From contig NC_043006.1 in NCBI RefSeq assembly GCF_006345805.1, positions 80,476,001 to 80,540,000 of the forward strand: a DNA stretch of 64,000 nucleotides, in the 5' to 3' direction. Below are positions 51,443 through 63,985 of the stretch, piece after piece (the first letter of the stretch is position 1; the number at the start of each line of letters is the position of its first letter). The notes beneath the pieces are model-generated. The model made no database searches. It had not been told where the DNA came from and was given only the letters and a program-made list of their open reading frames with translations. The position numbers were made by a program, and so were the translations under genes. This stretch comes from Octopus sinensis (taxonomy: Eukaryota).

Positions 51443-52291
51443 TTATGAAATTAATTGATTTCATCCTATTACACTATATAAGTTAGGTGTTTAACTAAAT
51501 CGTATAAGTATACGATTTAGTTAAACACCTAACTTATATAGTGTAATAGGATGAAATCAATTAATTTCATAATTAGGAATGCATTTTGTACCAACATTTG
51601 CAGCACGATTCTTTGAAATGGCGTCTAACGACTTTCGTTGTCAAGAATGTAATACTAATTATTAAACCGACATAAGCATTTCCAATTAAGCTGATATAGA
51701 AAACGTCGTGCACTTTGGCAATGGCACCTAATGGTATTATATACCATGTTAATCCCATTATAAGGCTAAATTTAAAATAAATCATAATTCCTATATTCTT
51801 ACGTACCCCAAGATATTTTGATGAGTTTTTCCTAGCTAAACAGAGACCCACGACTGTGACGATGAAAATCAAAGTATTCATTGATAAAAGTGTTATCAGC
51901 GGAACTCCAACAAACCACTTCGGAATTTCATTTCTATCATACCAACAAAAATATCCGTCCGGATCTTCAGAAGAAATGGTCTGCGAATATATCAATGTTG
52001 CAATCACAAATATAAGTGGAGACATCCAAGCATATAAGGAATAAAAGATAAATCTCTTCCCTTGTTTTTCAACAATTGGAAACTTTATAATTCCTGAAAA
52101 TGTGTATAAAGCATCAAATGAAATAACATTCATCCAAAAAGCAGACGCTAACACGAAATAATGCAACAATGAGTCGCCTATGTTGCACACCAAATGACGA
52201 TCCGCAACAATGTCGAAGAAATATAGAACCTCTGTTGCAAGTATTGAGAATAAAAGTCCAATGGTTAGTTTACCTGGTAATGTACGGAAAT
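50724..52291. repeat. Long palindrome: 783-bp arms (50724-51506 and 51509-52291) around a 2-nt loop (ag)
   Basis: The centre reads ...aactaaatcgtata-ag-tatacgatttagtt... The ORF ends 51442(+) and 51573(-) are symmetric about it and encode the same C-terminal 206 aa. The segments I checked are exact reverse complements. Confidence 0.95.
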
Positions 52292-53474
52292 ATACAGAAA
52301 TAGACCGTAATAGTGATGATTAGAGCTACACTGGAGGACCATATTCCCGTAAATAGAAGGTACGTTTCAGGATCCATACCCACGTTTGTCTTATAGTTAT
52401 TTACACAAATACTAATACCTTGGGGATCTCGAATGAATTCTGACTGGTTTAGAAGCGTTCTGGAAGAATTCAGATAATATATCCATCAAGAGTGAAAGAA
52501 AACTCAGACTCTTTTAATCTTTCGGTGGTACAATTTAAGATGAAACTAAAGTCAACTTGTCGGCATTCTATCTTCAGTTCGTCGTAAAGAAATCCAGCAG
52601 AACAATATGGCAATTCTTTCAAATATACTTTTTCATTATTTGCATTTAATAGTTCAACTGTGTTATGATTATAGTTAAATATTGCTATTTGTCTATATTC
52701 CTTCTTTCCATGTGATATCTTTGAAGAGATCGTCACGTTGCACTCAATATTATTAATACCAATATCATTACAAAATGCGCAGTGTACGTTTCTAAAACTA
52801 GTCCCATTTGATCTGACAGTAGCCATTGGTTCAAACATACAAGGAGAATCTAAAGATATATTGGTAAATTTTGTGGGACAACTTGAAACATAATCAGTGC
52901 ATGGATATTGGTAATTACTAAAGTTCAATGGCGCTTCAATCGATACATTACAATGATTATTTCTCAATATGCGAGGGAAGTTTGATAAATCCATATCTAT
53001 CTGATGATTGCATTTGTAGTGAACTGTCCATAATATATATTCTTCACCGTTGCACAGAGCACAGAACAAATTCCTGTAAAGTCTTTTAGTTCGTTTTCCC
53101 AGAGCAGGTATGTTGTATAATTGGTCATTTTCATTCAGTGTTTCACAATAGGTAAGGTGTTCTGTAATTGAGTGGTCGCTTGGGCAGTGATCAAAGAGAA
53201 AATAACTTTCTAATTTATTATCACTAATTTTCCTGCAATTATAATCCACTGATGAGATTCCATGGTCACTTATTGTTTCATTAATTACGTCTGAACAACA
53301 TTCATTATATAGATTACAATATTTATGACAAGAACATCTTCTTTGCAAACTTTCTGTATCACAAAGTGAAGGATAACATTCAATATTTTTCACCGAACAA
53401 TATGAAAGCCGGATAACATGGTTTCCAAATGCTATCAGTAGAATGTGTAAGAGATTCCAGAAATGATGTTTCAT
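51573..53474 (-). pseudogene. GPCR paralogue A, copy 2 (same two frameshifts as copy 1)
   Basis: ORFs 52470-53474 (334 aa) and 51573-52193, with the same lesions at ~52478 and ~52291. Confidence 0.88.
52470..53474 (-). CDS. Possible 334-aa secreted ectodomain-only product of paralogue A, copy 2
   Basis: Open ORF that differs from copy 1 at 4 residues (M/L, N/S, I/T, T/A). Confidence 0.4.
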   Translation of the reverse strand: MKHHFWNLLHILLIAFGNHVIRLSYCSVKNIECYPSLCDTESLQRRCSCHKYCNLYNECCSDVINETISDHGISSVDYNCRKISDNKLESYFLFDHCPSDHSITEHLTYCETLNENDQLYNIPALGKRTKRLYRNLFCALCNGEEYILWTVHYKCNHQIDMDLSNFPRILRNNHCNVSIEAPLNFSNYQYPCTDYVSSCPTKFTNISLDSPCMFEPMATVRSNGTSFRNVHCAFCNDIGINNIECNVTISSKISHGKKEYRQIAIFNYNHNTVELLNANNEKVYLKELPYCSAGFLYDELKIECRQVDFSFILNCTTERLKESEFSFTLDGYII

Positions 53475-53979
53475 GCTGAATATATATTTTATAGAGCTAC
53501 CTATAATTTAAAAGTATTTATGTCTCATTACATTTTCAGCATCCAAAATTTGATTTAGTTCATGGTATATTCAGACTATATTTCTATTAGCAAATATGGA
53601 CATATAATTAAGATTTACAAAATAATATGAGGATGATCCGTTGAATGAAATACGTCGCTACTGTTGACTCTGTTAAAAGAAAGAAAGAATACATTAAGAT
53701 TTTGTTTAACAAAAACTAGGTAATATATTAATGTTTAATTTTCAATATTTTCTAATAGATCCATTGTTTGCTTCAGAATATTTTTTAATATGCTACTTCT
53801 TTTAAGGCTCTTTCAATCTTTTATGCCTATATATCTGATAACCGAAACAATAGAATTTCAATGGTATTGTATAAAATTTTGGGGAATATATTTGTTTTTC
53901 CTACGTGAAATATTTTACTTCCATATTACCGTCGATGGGCGCTCATGATAGGTGGGCGGTTATCTAAGCCCCCAAATTT

Positions 53980-54700
53980 TTTGTAAAATAGAATTTTCCG
54001 TTTAACATCCCTGGGCGAATTTTCGGAAAATCATGAGTATTTGCACCCATCCAATCTATGAGTAACAAATCACAGTGTGGAAAATTTTGAATTGGCAGCA
54101 AATCGGTGCAGATTAAATAGGCGTCCACACGATCGATACCTGACATTTATTCCTAGAGGGCTAACATTAGCAAAAGCATGAGTAGAAGTGGCAGGAAAGA
54201 GTTGGGGCAAGGATGTCACCCTGCTTGACACTATTCTCTACAGGAATCGTTCCCGCCATGCCACTACCAACATTGGCCCAAGCCTCTATCCCATCATGAA
54301 ATGATTTAATTAAAGATACAAAGTGATACGGGCATCCAAGTTTGCCAAGTATTTTCCATAGTAATGCCCTATTTACAGTATCAGAGGTTTGGTTAAATCA
54401 AAGAATTCCTGGACAAGACCTATATTCTGCTAATAACATTTATCCTGCATCTGTCCATTGTTCCTTTACCAGATCAGAAACCCCAATGAGATTCAGATAT
54501 AACATTTGCGAGGCACCCATTCAAGGGGGTGAGAAGAATATTTGTCACAACCTTGCAGGCAGGTGATAGTAGAGCAATACCTCTGTAGTTACCTCACATT
54601 TTTCTGGTTCCTTTTCCTTTATAGAGAGGAAGAATAATTGCATACCTCCAATCCTTAGGCATTGCACCATCCCCACCAGACTACACTAATAGGTTCATGA
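53980..54700 (-). mobile_element. RTE (BovB-like) LINE fragment, unit 2 copy
   Basis: Same as 22700-23420 at offset 31281. Confidence 0.85.
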
Positions 54701-55220
54701 AGGGACTGTATTATGTAATCACAACAAAATCGTGAGTGGCAATCAAATGATTCAAGCAACCAAAAATAATTAATCTCTGAAGCTGTAACTACAGTTTACT
54801 TTTGGATATTCATTCTCGTTTGATGTACTCTGTAGAAACATTGAATGAAGCGGCAATTTTATAGTGTTTCCATTTAACTATGTACACTCATTTATGATGC
54901 TATTTTCAGTTCATGTGATTTTTGGGTATGTAACTGTAATAGTTAGGCATCACTCTTGAGGGTGAAAGCGGCGTATATTTTTCGTCTACAAATTGATTGA
55001 GGAATGATGTTTGCGGTGTTTGTGTTCGGGTATATTATTTCGTAGTGGGAACATTATTTTTAATGGAGAAACAACATAAGAACAATATAACTTTTGACTG
55101 TTGAGGTTTTTTATGGTATTCTGAGCGTGTAGTAACAGATCCGTTAGGTGTAGGAAAAACTTGACTATACTTGTGATTTGTGTGCGGTGAAATGATTAAA
55201 TCAAATTCATTTCATGAATA

Positions 55221-57125
55221 TTATTTTGCTTCGTGAAATAATTTGCAGCATGCTTGTTTGAAATGACGTCTAACGGCTTTCGTTGATAAAAATGTAATAC
55301 AAATTATTAAACCGACATAAGAATTTAATGTGACGCATATAGTGATTGCGTCATGCATATCGGCATAGCCAAATATTGGTATAAAAATCCAAGTGAAACC
55401 CATAATAAGGCTTAGTTTAAAATAAATCATAAATCCTGTTTTCTTACGTAGTCCAAGATATTTTGATGAGCTTTTTCTAGCTAAATAAAGACATATGGCG
55501 GTAATGAAAAACATCAGCGTATTAATTGATAAAATTGTTATTATGGGAAATGCAAAAAGCCACTTGAAAATCAAGTCCTTAAGATAACAAAGAATATATT
55601 CACGCGGGGTTTTAGGAGAAATGTTCAGCGAAAATAGCAGTGCCACTATCACAATTGCAAGTGGAGTTATCCAAGCATATAAAGAATAGAAGATAAACCT
55701 CTTCCCATGTTTTCCTGCAACTGGAAATTTTATAATTCCTGAGAACGTGTACAAGGCATCAAATGATATGACATTCATCCAGAGGACTGGTGTTAGTATT
55801 AAATAATGCAACAATGGCTGTAATACAAAACACGGTATTCGAATTTTTGTATACCTGAAGATGAAGAAAAGAAATTCGATTACAAACATGGACAACAACA
55901 GTCCCATGATTAGTTTACCTGGTAATGTACGGAGTTCTGGTATACAGAGATATACTGTAATAGTTATGAATATTGCTACAACGGAGGACAATAATCCGAT
56001 ATACATCAGAGAAAATAAAACCCCTATCTGCCCTCTTGTCTCATGATCATTTACACAGATACTTATGCCTTGAGGATCTCGACTGAACTCTGACTTGTTT
56101 AGCCATGTCTGGGAAGAATTCAGATAGAGAAACCCATCACTAGTAAAATGATATTCCGATTCCTCTAGTGTTCTGGTTGTACAATTTAACACGGAATTAA
56201 ATTCAACTTGTCGGCATTCATTCTTTAGTTCATCATAAACAAATCCATGCGAACAAGGGGACAGTTTTTTAATATAGTTTTTTTCAGTAGATGCATATAA
56301 TACTTCAACAGTGTTATTATTGTAATTAAATATTGTTTCGAAAGTATACACTTCGATTTCATATGTCATTTCTCTAGAGACAGTTATGTTACATTCAGTA
56401 TCATTAATATCAACACTGTTACAGATGGCGCAGTGAATATTTCTGAAATCAGTTCCATTTGATCTTACCATAGACATTGGTTCAAACATACAAGAAGACA
56501 CTAAAGATGCATTGGTAACCTTTAGGGGACAGTTTGAAACATAATCTGTACAGGGATATTGGTAATCTTTAAAGTTAAATGGAGCTTCAATCGATACATT
56601 ACAATGATTATTTCTCAACATTTGAGAGAAGAGTGATAAATCTATATTCATCCTATGTTTACATTTGTAGTGAACTGTCCATAATATGTATTCCTCTCCG
56701 TTACACAGAGCACAGAACAAATTCCTGTAAAGTCTTTTAGTTTTTTTTCCCAAAGCAGGTATGTTGTATAATCGGTCATTCTCGTCTGGTGTTTCACAGA
56801 AAGTAACGTGCTCTGTAACTGACTGGTCGTTTGGACAGCGGTCAAACAAAAAGTAACTGTCTGATTTATTATCGTTAATTTTTCTGCAGCTATAATCTGT
56901 TGACATTGTTCCATGTTCAATTATCGTTTCGCTGATCACGTCTGAACAGCATTCTTTATATAGATTACAATACTGATGACAAGAACATCTTTGATGCAAA
57001 CTTTCAGCATCACAAGTTGAAGGAGAACATTCGAGATTTTCTACCAAACAATATGACTGTTTAATGATTTCGTTCGCAAAAGCAATAAAGAAAATCTGAA
57101 AGAGATTCCGGAAGTGGTGTACCAT
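55221..57125 (-). CDS. GPCR paralogue B, copy 2: intact single-exon CDS, 634 aa
   Basis: Open frame with ATG at 57125. It differs from copy 1 at 10 residues (H/Q, L/I, R/T, VSFRN/FRYTK, S/P, Q/H). Confidence 0.9.
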   Translation of the reverse strand: MVHHFRNLFQIFFIAFANEIIKQSYCLVENLECSPSTCDAESLHQRCSCHQYCNLYKECCSDVISETIIEHGTMSTDYSCRKINDNKSDSYFLFDRCPNDQSVTEHVTFCETPDENDRLYNIPALGKKTKRLYRNLFCALCNGEEYILWTVHYKCKHRMNIDLSLFSQMLRNNHCNVSIEAPFNFKDYQYPCTDYVSNCPLKVTNASLVSSCMFEPMSMVRSNGTDFRNIHCAICNSVDINDTECNITVSREMTYEIEVYTFETIFNYNNNTVEVLYASTEKNYIKKLSPCSHGFVYDELKNECRQVEFNSVLNCTTRTLEESEYHFTSDGFLYLNSSQTWLNKSEFSRDPQGISICVNDHETRGQIGVLFSLMYIGLLSSVVAIFITITVYLCIPELRTLPGKLIMGLLLSMFVIEFLFFIFRYTKIRIPCFVLQPLLHYLILTPVLWMNVISFDALYTFSGIIKFPVAGKHGKRFIFYSLYAWITPLAIVIVALLFSLNISPKTPREYILCYLKDLIFKWLFAFPIITILSINTLMFFITAICLYLARKSSSKYLGLRKKTGFMIYFKLSLIMGFTWIFIPIFGYADMHDAITICVTLNSYVGLIICITFLSTKAVRRHFKQACCKLFHEAK

Positions 57126-57261
57126 GTTGAATATATTTTCAAATAATTTACACAACGAATTAACATTATATTTGATTTAATGTCAGTCTATATTGAGACT
57201 ATTTCTTCTTGAAATAGTAACAAGATATTCCATTGAATGAATCGTTTAATAACTGTTGCAT

Positions 57262-57281
57262 CTGTAAAAGATAAAAAAAAC
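57262..57281 (-). promoter_or_regulatory. Likely 3' splice acceptor upstream of paralogue B, copy 2
   Basis: Same polypyrimidine tract and AG as 25981-26000. Confidence 0.55.
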
Positions 57282-58023
57282 GAAAGCAACAAATAAACGA
57301 AGACCGTATTGAGATGATTTTACAAAGGAAGCAGTATAATAAGGAAGAAAACTTGATATCAACTAACATTATAACGGAATTTCGTAAATATACATACTAG
57401 GCAAGAACGCAAAAAACGTTTTATATATTTTAAACAAAATTCGTAAGGTAAAATTTGAAATTAAATAATTTCGTAATGGTACAAATGACGTAAGTAGTAA
57501 ATGTGGAAAACATTGGATGATTATGGTGACTTTAAATGGGATTTGTTTTTCGATTCTGTGGCTTCATCTCCGAGTTAGAATATTTGTTGTTTGTATTCTT
57601 TTGAATTCTCAGGCACGTCTCATATAAAATTACAGCGTAACGAGAGAAAACTCACCGTTACAAGTCCAGGACCCATATTTTTAAATTTCCAATGGATGTT
57701 CTCATATCATAACTAATAACGAGTTGAGAATTTGCAAAACAACTACACGTCAGTGAGAGTAGAATTTATAACCATAGATCCTTAAATATATATAAGAACG
57801 CTTGTCACAAAATTGTTCAATTCTGAAAACGACAGCCTCAGAAGGAGCAAGTTCTGGAATATAAGGGAAGTGCGACAGCAACAATAGCGATACCTTGGTC
57901 GTCGTTTCCACGTCGTTGGTAAGCAGCATACTCATTATTGTGCACCCTGTGAATACACTTTAAGCCCATTTTGAGTATGACGAGATCGTTACGAATAATA
58001 ATTCTGCACACACAGAGACACTA

Positions 58024-58309
<286 letters not shown>

Positions 58310-58310
58310 G

Positions 58311-58600
58311 TGGTGGCGCAATGACCCATTGGTTAGGGCAGCGGACTTCCGGTCGCAGGATCGCGGTTTCGATTCCTAGACCGGGCATTGTGAGTGTTTA
58401 TTGAGCGAAAACACCTAAAAGCTCCACGACGCTCCGCCAGGGAGTACTCTTTCAACACTCTTTCTCCCACTCTTTCTTCTGTTGGCCTGCTCGTTTAGCC
58501 ATGGGGTCGCGTCATTCGAAGGCTAAATCAATGCTAACGCATTGTGACCAGCGATGTGCAACAAGATCTGATGGTCTGATCGGTCACGTGATCACGTGAT
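58311..58600 (+). mobile_element. tRNA-derived SINE, unit 2 copy
   Basis: Same element as 26818-27107, with about ten substitutions. Confidence 0.8.
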
Positions 58601-59034
58601 ATACACACATATATACGCATATATATACATTTAAATATGTATATAGATTTGTTACGACGTCAATAAGTTTATATCTATATGACTAAAAATCACATCGTTT
58701 TTATGCTCAAGTAATAAGTAGAGGTTGTAAGTGTAGTGTGGATGATATACACGATTTCGCCTGACCACCACTAGCATAGCCGGAGTGTTTACATCACAGT
58801 TAGATAAAGCAGAAACAAAAAAAAAGCAAGAAGCAACACACTTTTGCACATTCTTATCAGTGGAATCTTTGCCAAGTTGAATTAATTACCATAGCTTCAG
58901 ATGAAGTTGTTCGCGTGTAAATAAGGCTCCATTGTTAAACAACAAATCTTACCCTGTTCAAGCAACTGAAACACAATACATATATTGATTTTCGCACGCG
59001 CGCACGCATACATGTAACCATATACACACACATA

Positions 59035-59078
<44 letters not shown>

Positions 59079-60049
59079 TATATATAAGCGTGTGTATGAT
59101 AAAATACATTCATAAATACACACATGTGGATATAGATATGTGTGTGCGTGTGTGTATTTGTTCGTGTATGTGCATTCACGCATGTGTGTGTGAGTGTAGT
59201 GTATTATTTTCTGTACCGCTTTACCTTAATATTTGAATATTTGATATTTGTCATTTACATTTTCCTAGAAACGGCTACAACTATTTCAGATACCGCGACC
59301 ATGTATATTGTAATATTTTGCATTTTGCATTGCATCGTCTGCAGAAGGTCTGAACGTATAATTGTTTACTAGCACACCGGCGAATCATTTGTAAGCTGCA
59401 AATTCACGCCTATGCACCACAGAAATATACGGATAGTATACTTTGAAAACGGTGCTGAAATTTCATTTCAAAGCATTACATAAGAAAAAAACATTTGAAT
59501 ATAAGAATTTATAACGAACAGTTACCATTAAGTAAATAATATTTAATTTACCTGATAGAAAAAGTAATTGATAACCTCATGAAGCTTTGAAAAGTCGGAG
59601 AATTAAGTGATTCCAAGAGTAAAATCTGTTAATTTTGCTGATTTGTGTATTCTATACATTTCAGTTCTGCTAAATACTTCTGACGGCTGCTGCAGTAATG
59701 GTTGTTTTAATAAGTTTTCCAGTTTCGGTATTTGCAAAATGAAGAAAACGGAAAATATATTTCAACCAATTGAGGTGCGTTACGTCATTAAAGATTATTG
59801 TAGTTAGATAGTATTTTCCTTTACATTATTTTATATTTTTCCATTTTTATTAATTGTCAATTATTAACAATTTGATATGATTATCCCTTATATTACAAAA
59901 TAATTGTAGTAAAATGATTTTACTAGCCAGGGATAATTAGTTATGCTAATAGCTATACCAATTATCAAATGTACGACATATAATATTTTATTGCTCCACA
60001 AAGTTTTGCAGTATCTCGATAGCGCTTCTTTGGAGGTTCTGGTTCAATT

Positions 60050-61203
60050 CCAGTAATATATTGTTTAATCCGAATTTAGCATAATTTTTTTTTTTTAAGT
60101 TAATAAATTTCCAGATGTTTGGGTGATGAGACCCAACTTGAGTTTTGAATGCTCGGTGCTATTCTTCGATGAAGTTATGTGTTTTGGTGAAATCGTCTAG
60201 AACTCTTAAATAAATATTCCACATATCTAGTGGGAAGAGAAGTGTGCGTCACACATCCCTTCTTTTAGACCTTGCAATCCACGTATCCTCGAAATAATCA
60301 ATGATTGTTTGCGCTTCATCCTAGAAGGTGTTGTCATCAAATAATAACTCATATGCTCTTTTTGCCCTACCTACTGGGACAAATGCTAATGCTGGTAACA
60401 TCCTCATCACTAAAGCAAAATTAGGGTCTATTTCATATTTTCGTTTTAAACAATTACTTTGAATTACAGGAAAGATAGATTGGTTGAAGAGGAAAAAGCA
60501 AACGTTTTGTTCTGCCCAAGGAAATTCTTTCAAAAATGCTTTCATCATCGCTTTCTCAAAAGCGATCGTTATTGACAATGGTGCACATGTTGGTTCAAGA
60601 TTTTTTATCTCCTGCAAAAACGTTATATATGTTTCTTCTGTTTTGTCCGGCAATAACAAAAACACGAACGGCAGCAAAGCTTTCCCTTTTAAACCATGTA
60701 GGGTATATAACTGGTGAAAAACTGTACATTAAGACGCAAATATCACAATACGCTTTTCGACTGGTCCTGAGTCATAAAGTAGAAATTGAACACCTTTAAA
60801 AGATTTAGTAATTTCAGGTGGGAATAATATTTTACTGCAAGTTGGTGGTAAGGCCGGTCCAATAAGGTTTTGTTGCCTTATAGATCTTATTGTTCTTTTA
60901 CTACTTAGCATTTTTGGTAGTTTGCAGGCAACAACTTGATCGCAATCATCCAGAACAGTAGATAAGACTGGACGGGGCGCATGTTATGTTGATTTGGCCA
61001 GTTAAATTATCTTTGAAATGGCGTCTTTTGTTGCAATGTCAGCGGCGCCCGATATACGATTATGGTCGTTGGAAGACTTCACCATTTCATCCTATACAGT
61101 AAATAATTACTGTAAAGGCATTATGTTGTTGGATATTTTTCGCACTTCCAATAAACATGTTCCCCATGTTCATAGTATGTCCATTATCACCCAACTTGTA
61201 ACG
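60050..61203 (-). mobile_element. MULE transposon remnant, unit 2/3 junction copy
   Basis: ORF 60321-60677 (LPFVFLLLPDKTEETY...) matches 28838-29239. Confidence 0.88.
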
Positions 61204-61361
61204 CCTTTTTTCTGATTCAGTAAATGCAGCAGTCGTCTTTAGTTATGTGTGTTTTCCCTGTGAATAATTCCAAATAAAAAATATTTTATTACGAAAATAT
61301 TTTTCTTAGTAAACAGCCATTTTTATTCCACTTAATAGTAAACATCTAGTTTTATTCGATA

Positions 61362-61394
61362 CTAGCAGTATTGCTCGGCGTTGCTCGGGTTTGT
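61362..61394 (-). mobile_element. Helitron-type 3' terminus, unit 3 copy
   Basis: Same sequence as 143-175. Confidence 0.55.
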
Positions 61395-62716
61395 TTTCTC
61401 TTCGACCCTTTAGAATTGGAATTTTTGAAAAGTAAACCTTTTGCTTTATACAGCTTGTTACGTGAACGTTTTCCCGGTTGAAATAGACCAAAAATAGCAA
61501 CACAGCAGTGGAAAATGGTAAAAATACGGATTATCATAGAAAAAACAACTTCTGAAGTAAATAATTGTTGGTCGTAACATGGTCCCATTTGAATTTTCCC
61601 TTTTACGAAATGAAGAGCAAGCCTTCTTCTATGATACTCTCTGTTAGTGGTATAACCCAGTAGTAGTACTGTCTGTGGAATCATCTTTAATGGTCAAGTG
61701 ACTTAAAAGTGACCTGTTGCTACATGTCTACATTCAAGAACTGAAGTGTTTGGTTAATACCCATATTTGGCTAAATAGTGGTTACGCTTTTGGTCCCCAC
61801 TAGATCACAAAAACAAAATACTTTTTATATTGTTTCCACGTACAAGTATTTTATCTCTTTATATTTTTATATATAATTTTACATATATGTTTTACATGTA
61901 TTTATATATATTTTTATATATCTTTATTGTTTTATATATTCTTACATATTCTTTCAGTATTTTACCTTTCATTCTGCATTTTTGTCTATTTGTGTATATA
62001 GAAGTGTATATGAACATATTTGTGCGTGTATGAGTATATACGTGTGTGTGTGCGTGTGTGCGAGTATGTATATGTGTACATGCGTATGGTTGCATATATA
62101 TATATATGGGTATACATCCATTATTTTCACACGAGTGTGAGTGAGAATATGAACATATAACATGTGCGTAATTAGATGTATATATCCATATAGTTGTGCG
62201 AGTATGGGTACGTGCACGCGTGTGCGTGTGTGCGGATATGTATATGTGTACATGTGTATGGTTGCATATATATGTGCACATATAGATGTGTGTATGAATG
62301 TGCTTGAACGTGTTTCACGCACGTGTTGGTGTGCTTATGCATAGCGGCACATGTACGTGTTTGTGCGTGCGGACATATGTATGTATGTACATGCGCTCAT
62401 ACGCGAATTCTATGATCCTTTTTACTTTTTTACTTCCTCCCCTTCGCGTTTGTTCCCTTTATTTAACAGTCATTCTAATAGCTCTTTTGTTTGACTTAAT
62501 AACGGTCATAGTAATTTCCATTTCTTTAACGGTCATTTACATAGAATATTTTGATTGTCTCAATAACCGACGAGATGCCAGAGCAGTTTCCAAACCGATA
62601 TACGAAACGTGGAGTTTAGTTATGGCAACCGATTAATTGTCATATATTATATTACTGATAAATTCCTCCATTTACATAATATTGTGGTTTCATTCATTTT
62701 ATTATTGTCATACCAT

Positions 62717-62752
<36 letters not shown>

Positions 62753-63784
62753 ATGCCTACATATACATACATATATCTAGTAATATCTAAAATATATTGT
62801 GCGCGTATTCGCTTCTCGCGCGGAACCGGATTCAACAATTGCTTTCATACTTGTGATGCATGAATAATTCGACCTCGGTCAAATGATCGGCTGTTCATGC
62901 GACTTTTTTTTATTAGAAATTATTAAAAAAACTATTGCTTTGAAAGATTTTTAAATGTTTACTTCCGGTTTTCTAGCGTTTGTGACGTAACATATCTCTT
63001 TATGTATCTCTCTCTATCCATTTGTTTCTAATTATTTCTAACTCTCTATAGCATATTTCTCTATTTATATCTCTTGTTTTCACTTTCATATTTTAGACGA
63101 TATTTACAATTTCAATTTTCATACGACACTGTTTAACTTCCATGTTATTGTTTTCACTGTAGGTCTAAGTTTTCAAGTACAATTTCCCGCCGCCACGCCA
63201 ATTTGATTGATCATAACTTTCAGAAAAAAGGATATTTTGCAATAAACATTTCTACAAATATGTGTGATGTCATACAGATTTCGAAAATATAAAATTTTGT
63301 GGGTAGGAGTTTTAGGAGGGAGTAGGGGTTTTCTGAAAGTTCCACTTCAATTCGTTTAAACTTTCAAGAAAATTAATATTATTTAATGAAAGTCTCTACA
63401 AATTTATCTCGGACTATGTAGAAGACATAGGAATTTTTGGAGAAAACAATTGGGGGTTACATTTGAGAACTGTTCCCCACTCAGAAGTGTTTCGTAACAT
63501 GTTGTCTATATTTGTTTCATTTTCTCCGTTTTTTGCGTTTGTGCATCCCTAGAGTTCTACTGAAGCAACAAACAGGCAATGAAGGCAGATGAAGCCCTCC
63601 CCAGAAAACTCGTTATGCTAAAAATAACATCTAAAGGTCTGGTCCACAGAAATATGCTATTAAGATGAATTCTCTATCGCGTACGATTTCTTTTCACTTA
63701 AAATACATTCCCAGGCAAACATTTCTAATAGAAAGGCAGAGGACACTCGCAGCAAAAATAAGGAATATACACGCTTGACAGGAG

Positions 63785-63985
63785 TCAAACAAAGTAACTA
63801 ATTTATCATCGTTAATTGTCCTGCAGCTATAATTTGTTGATGATGTTCCATGTTCAATTATAGTCTCGCTGATCACATCTGAACAACATTCATTATATAG
63901 ACAACAATATTGATGACAAAAACATGTGTGCAAACTTTCTATATCGCTTTCAATTTTGTAATATATTCTGGAAATAATGTAACAT
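63785..63985 (-). pseudogene. GPCR paralogue C, 5' fragment, copy 3
   Basis: The ORF track shows CFCHQYCCLYNECCSDVISETIIEHGTSSTNYSCRTINDDKL; ATG at 63985. Confidence 0.85.
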
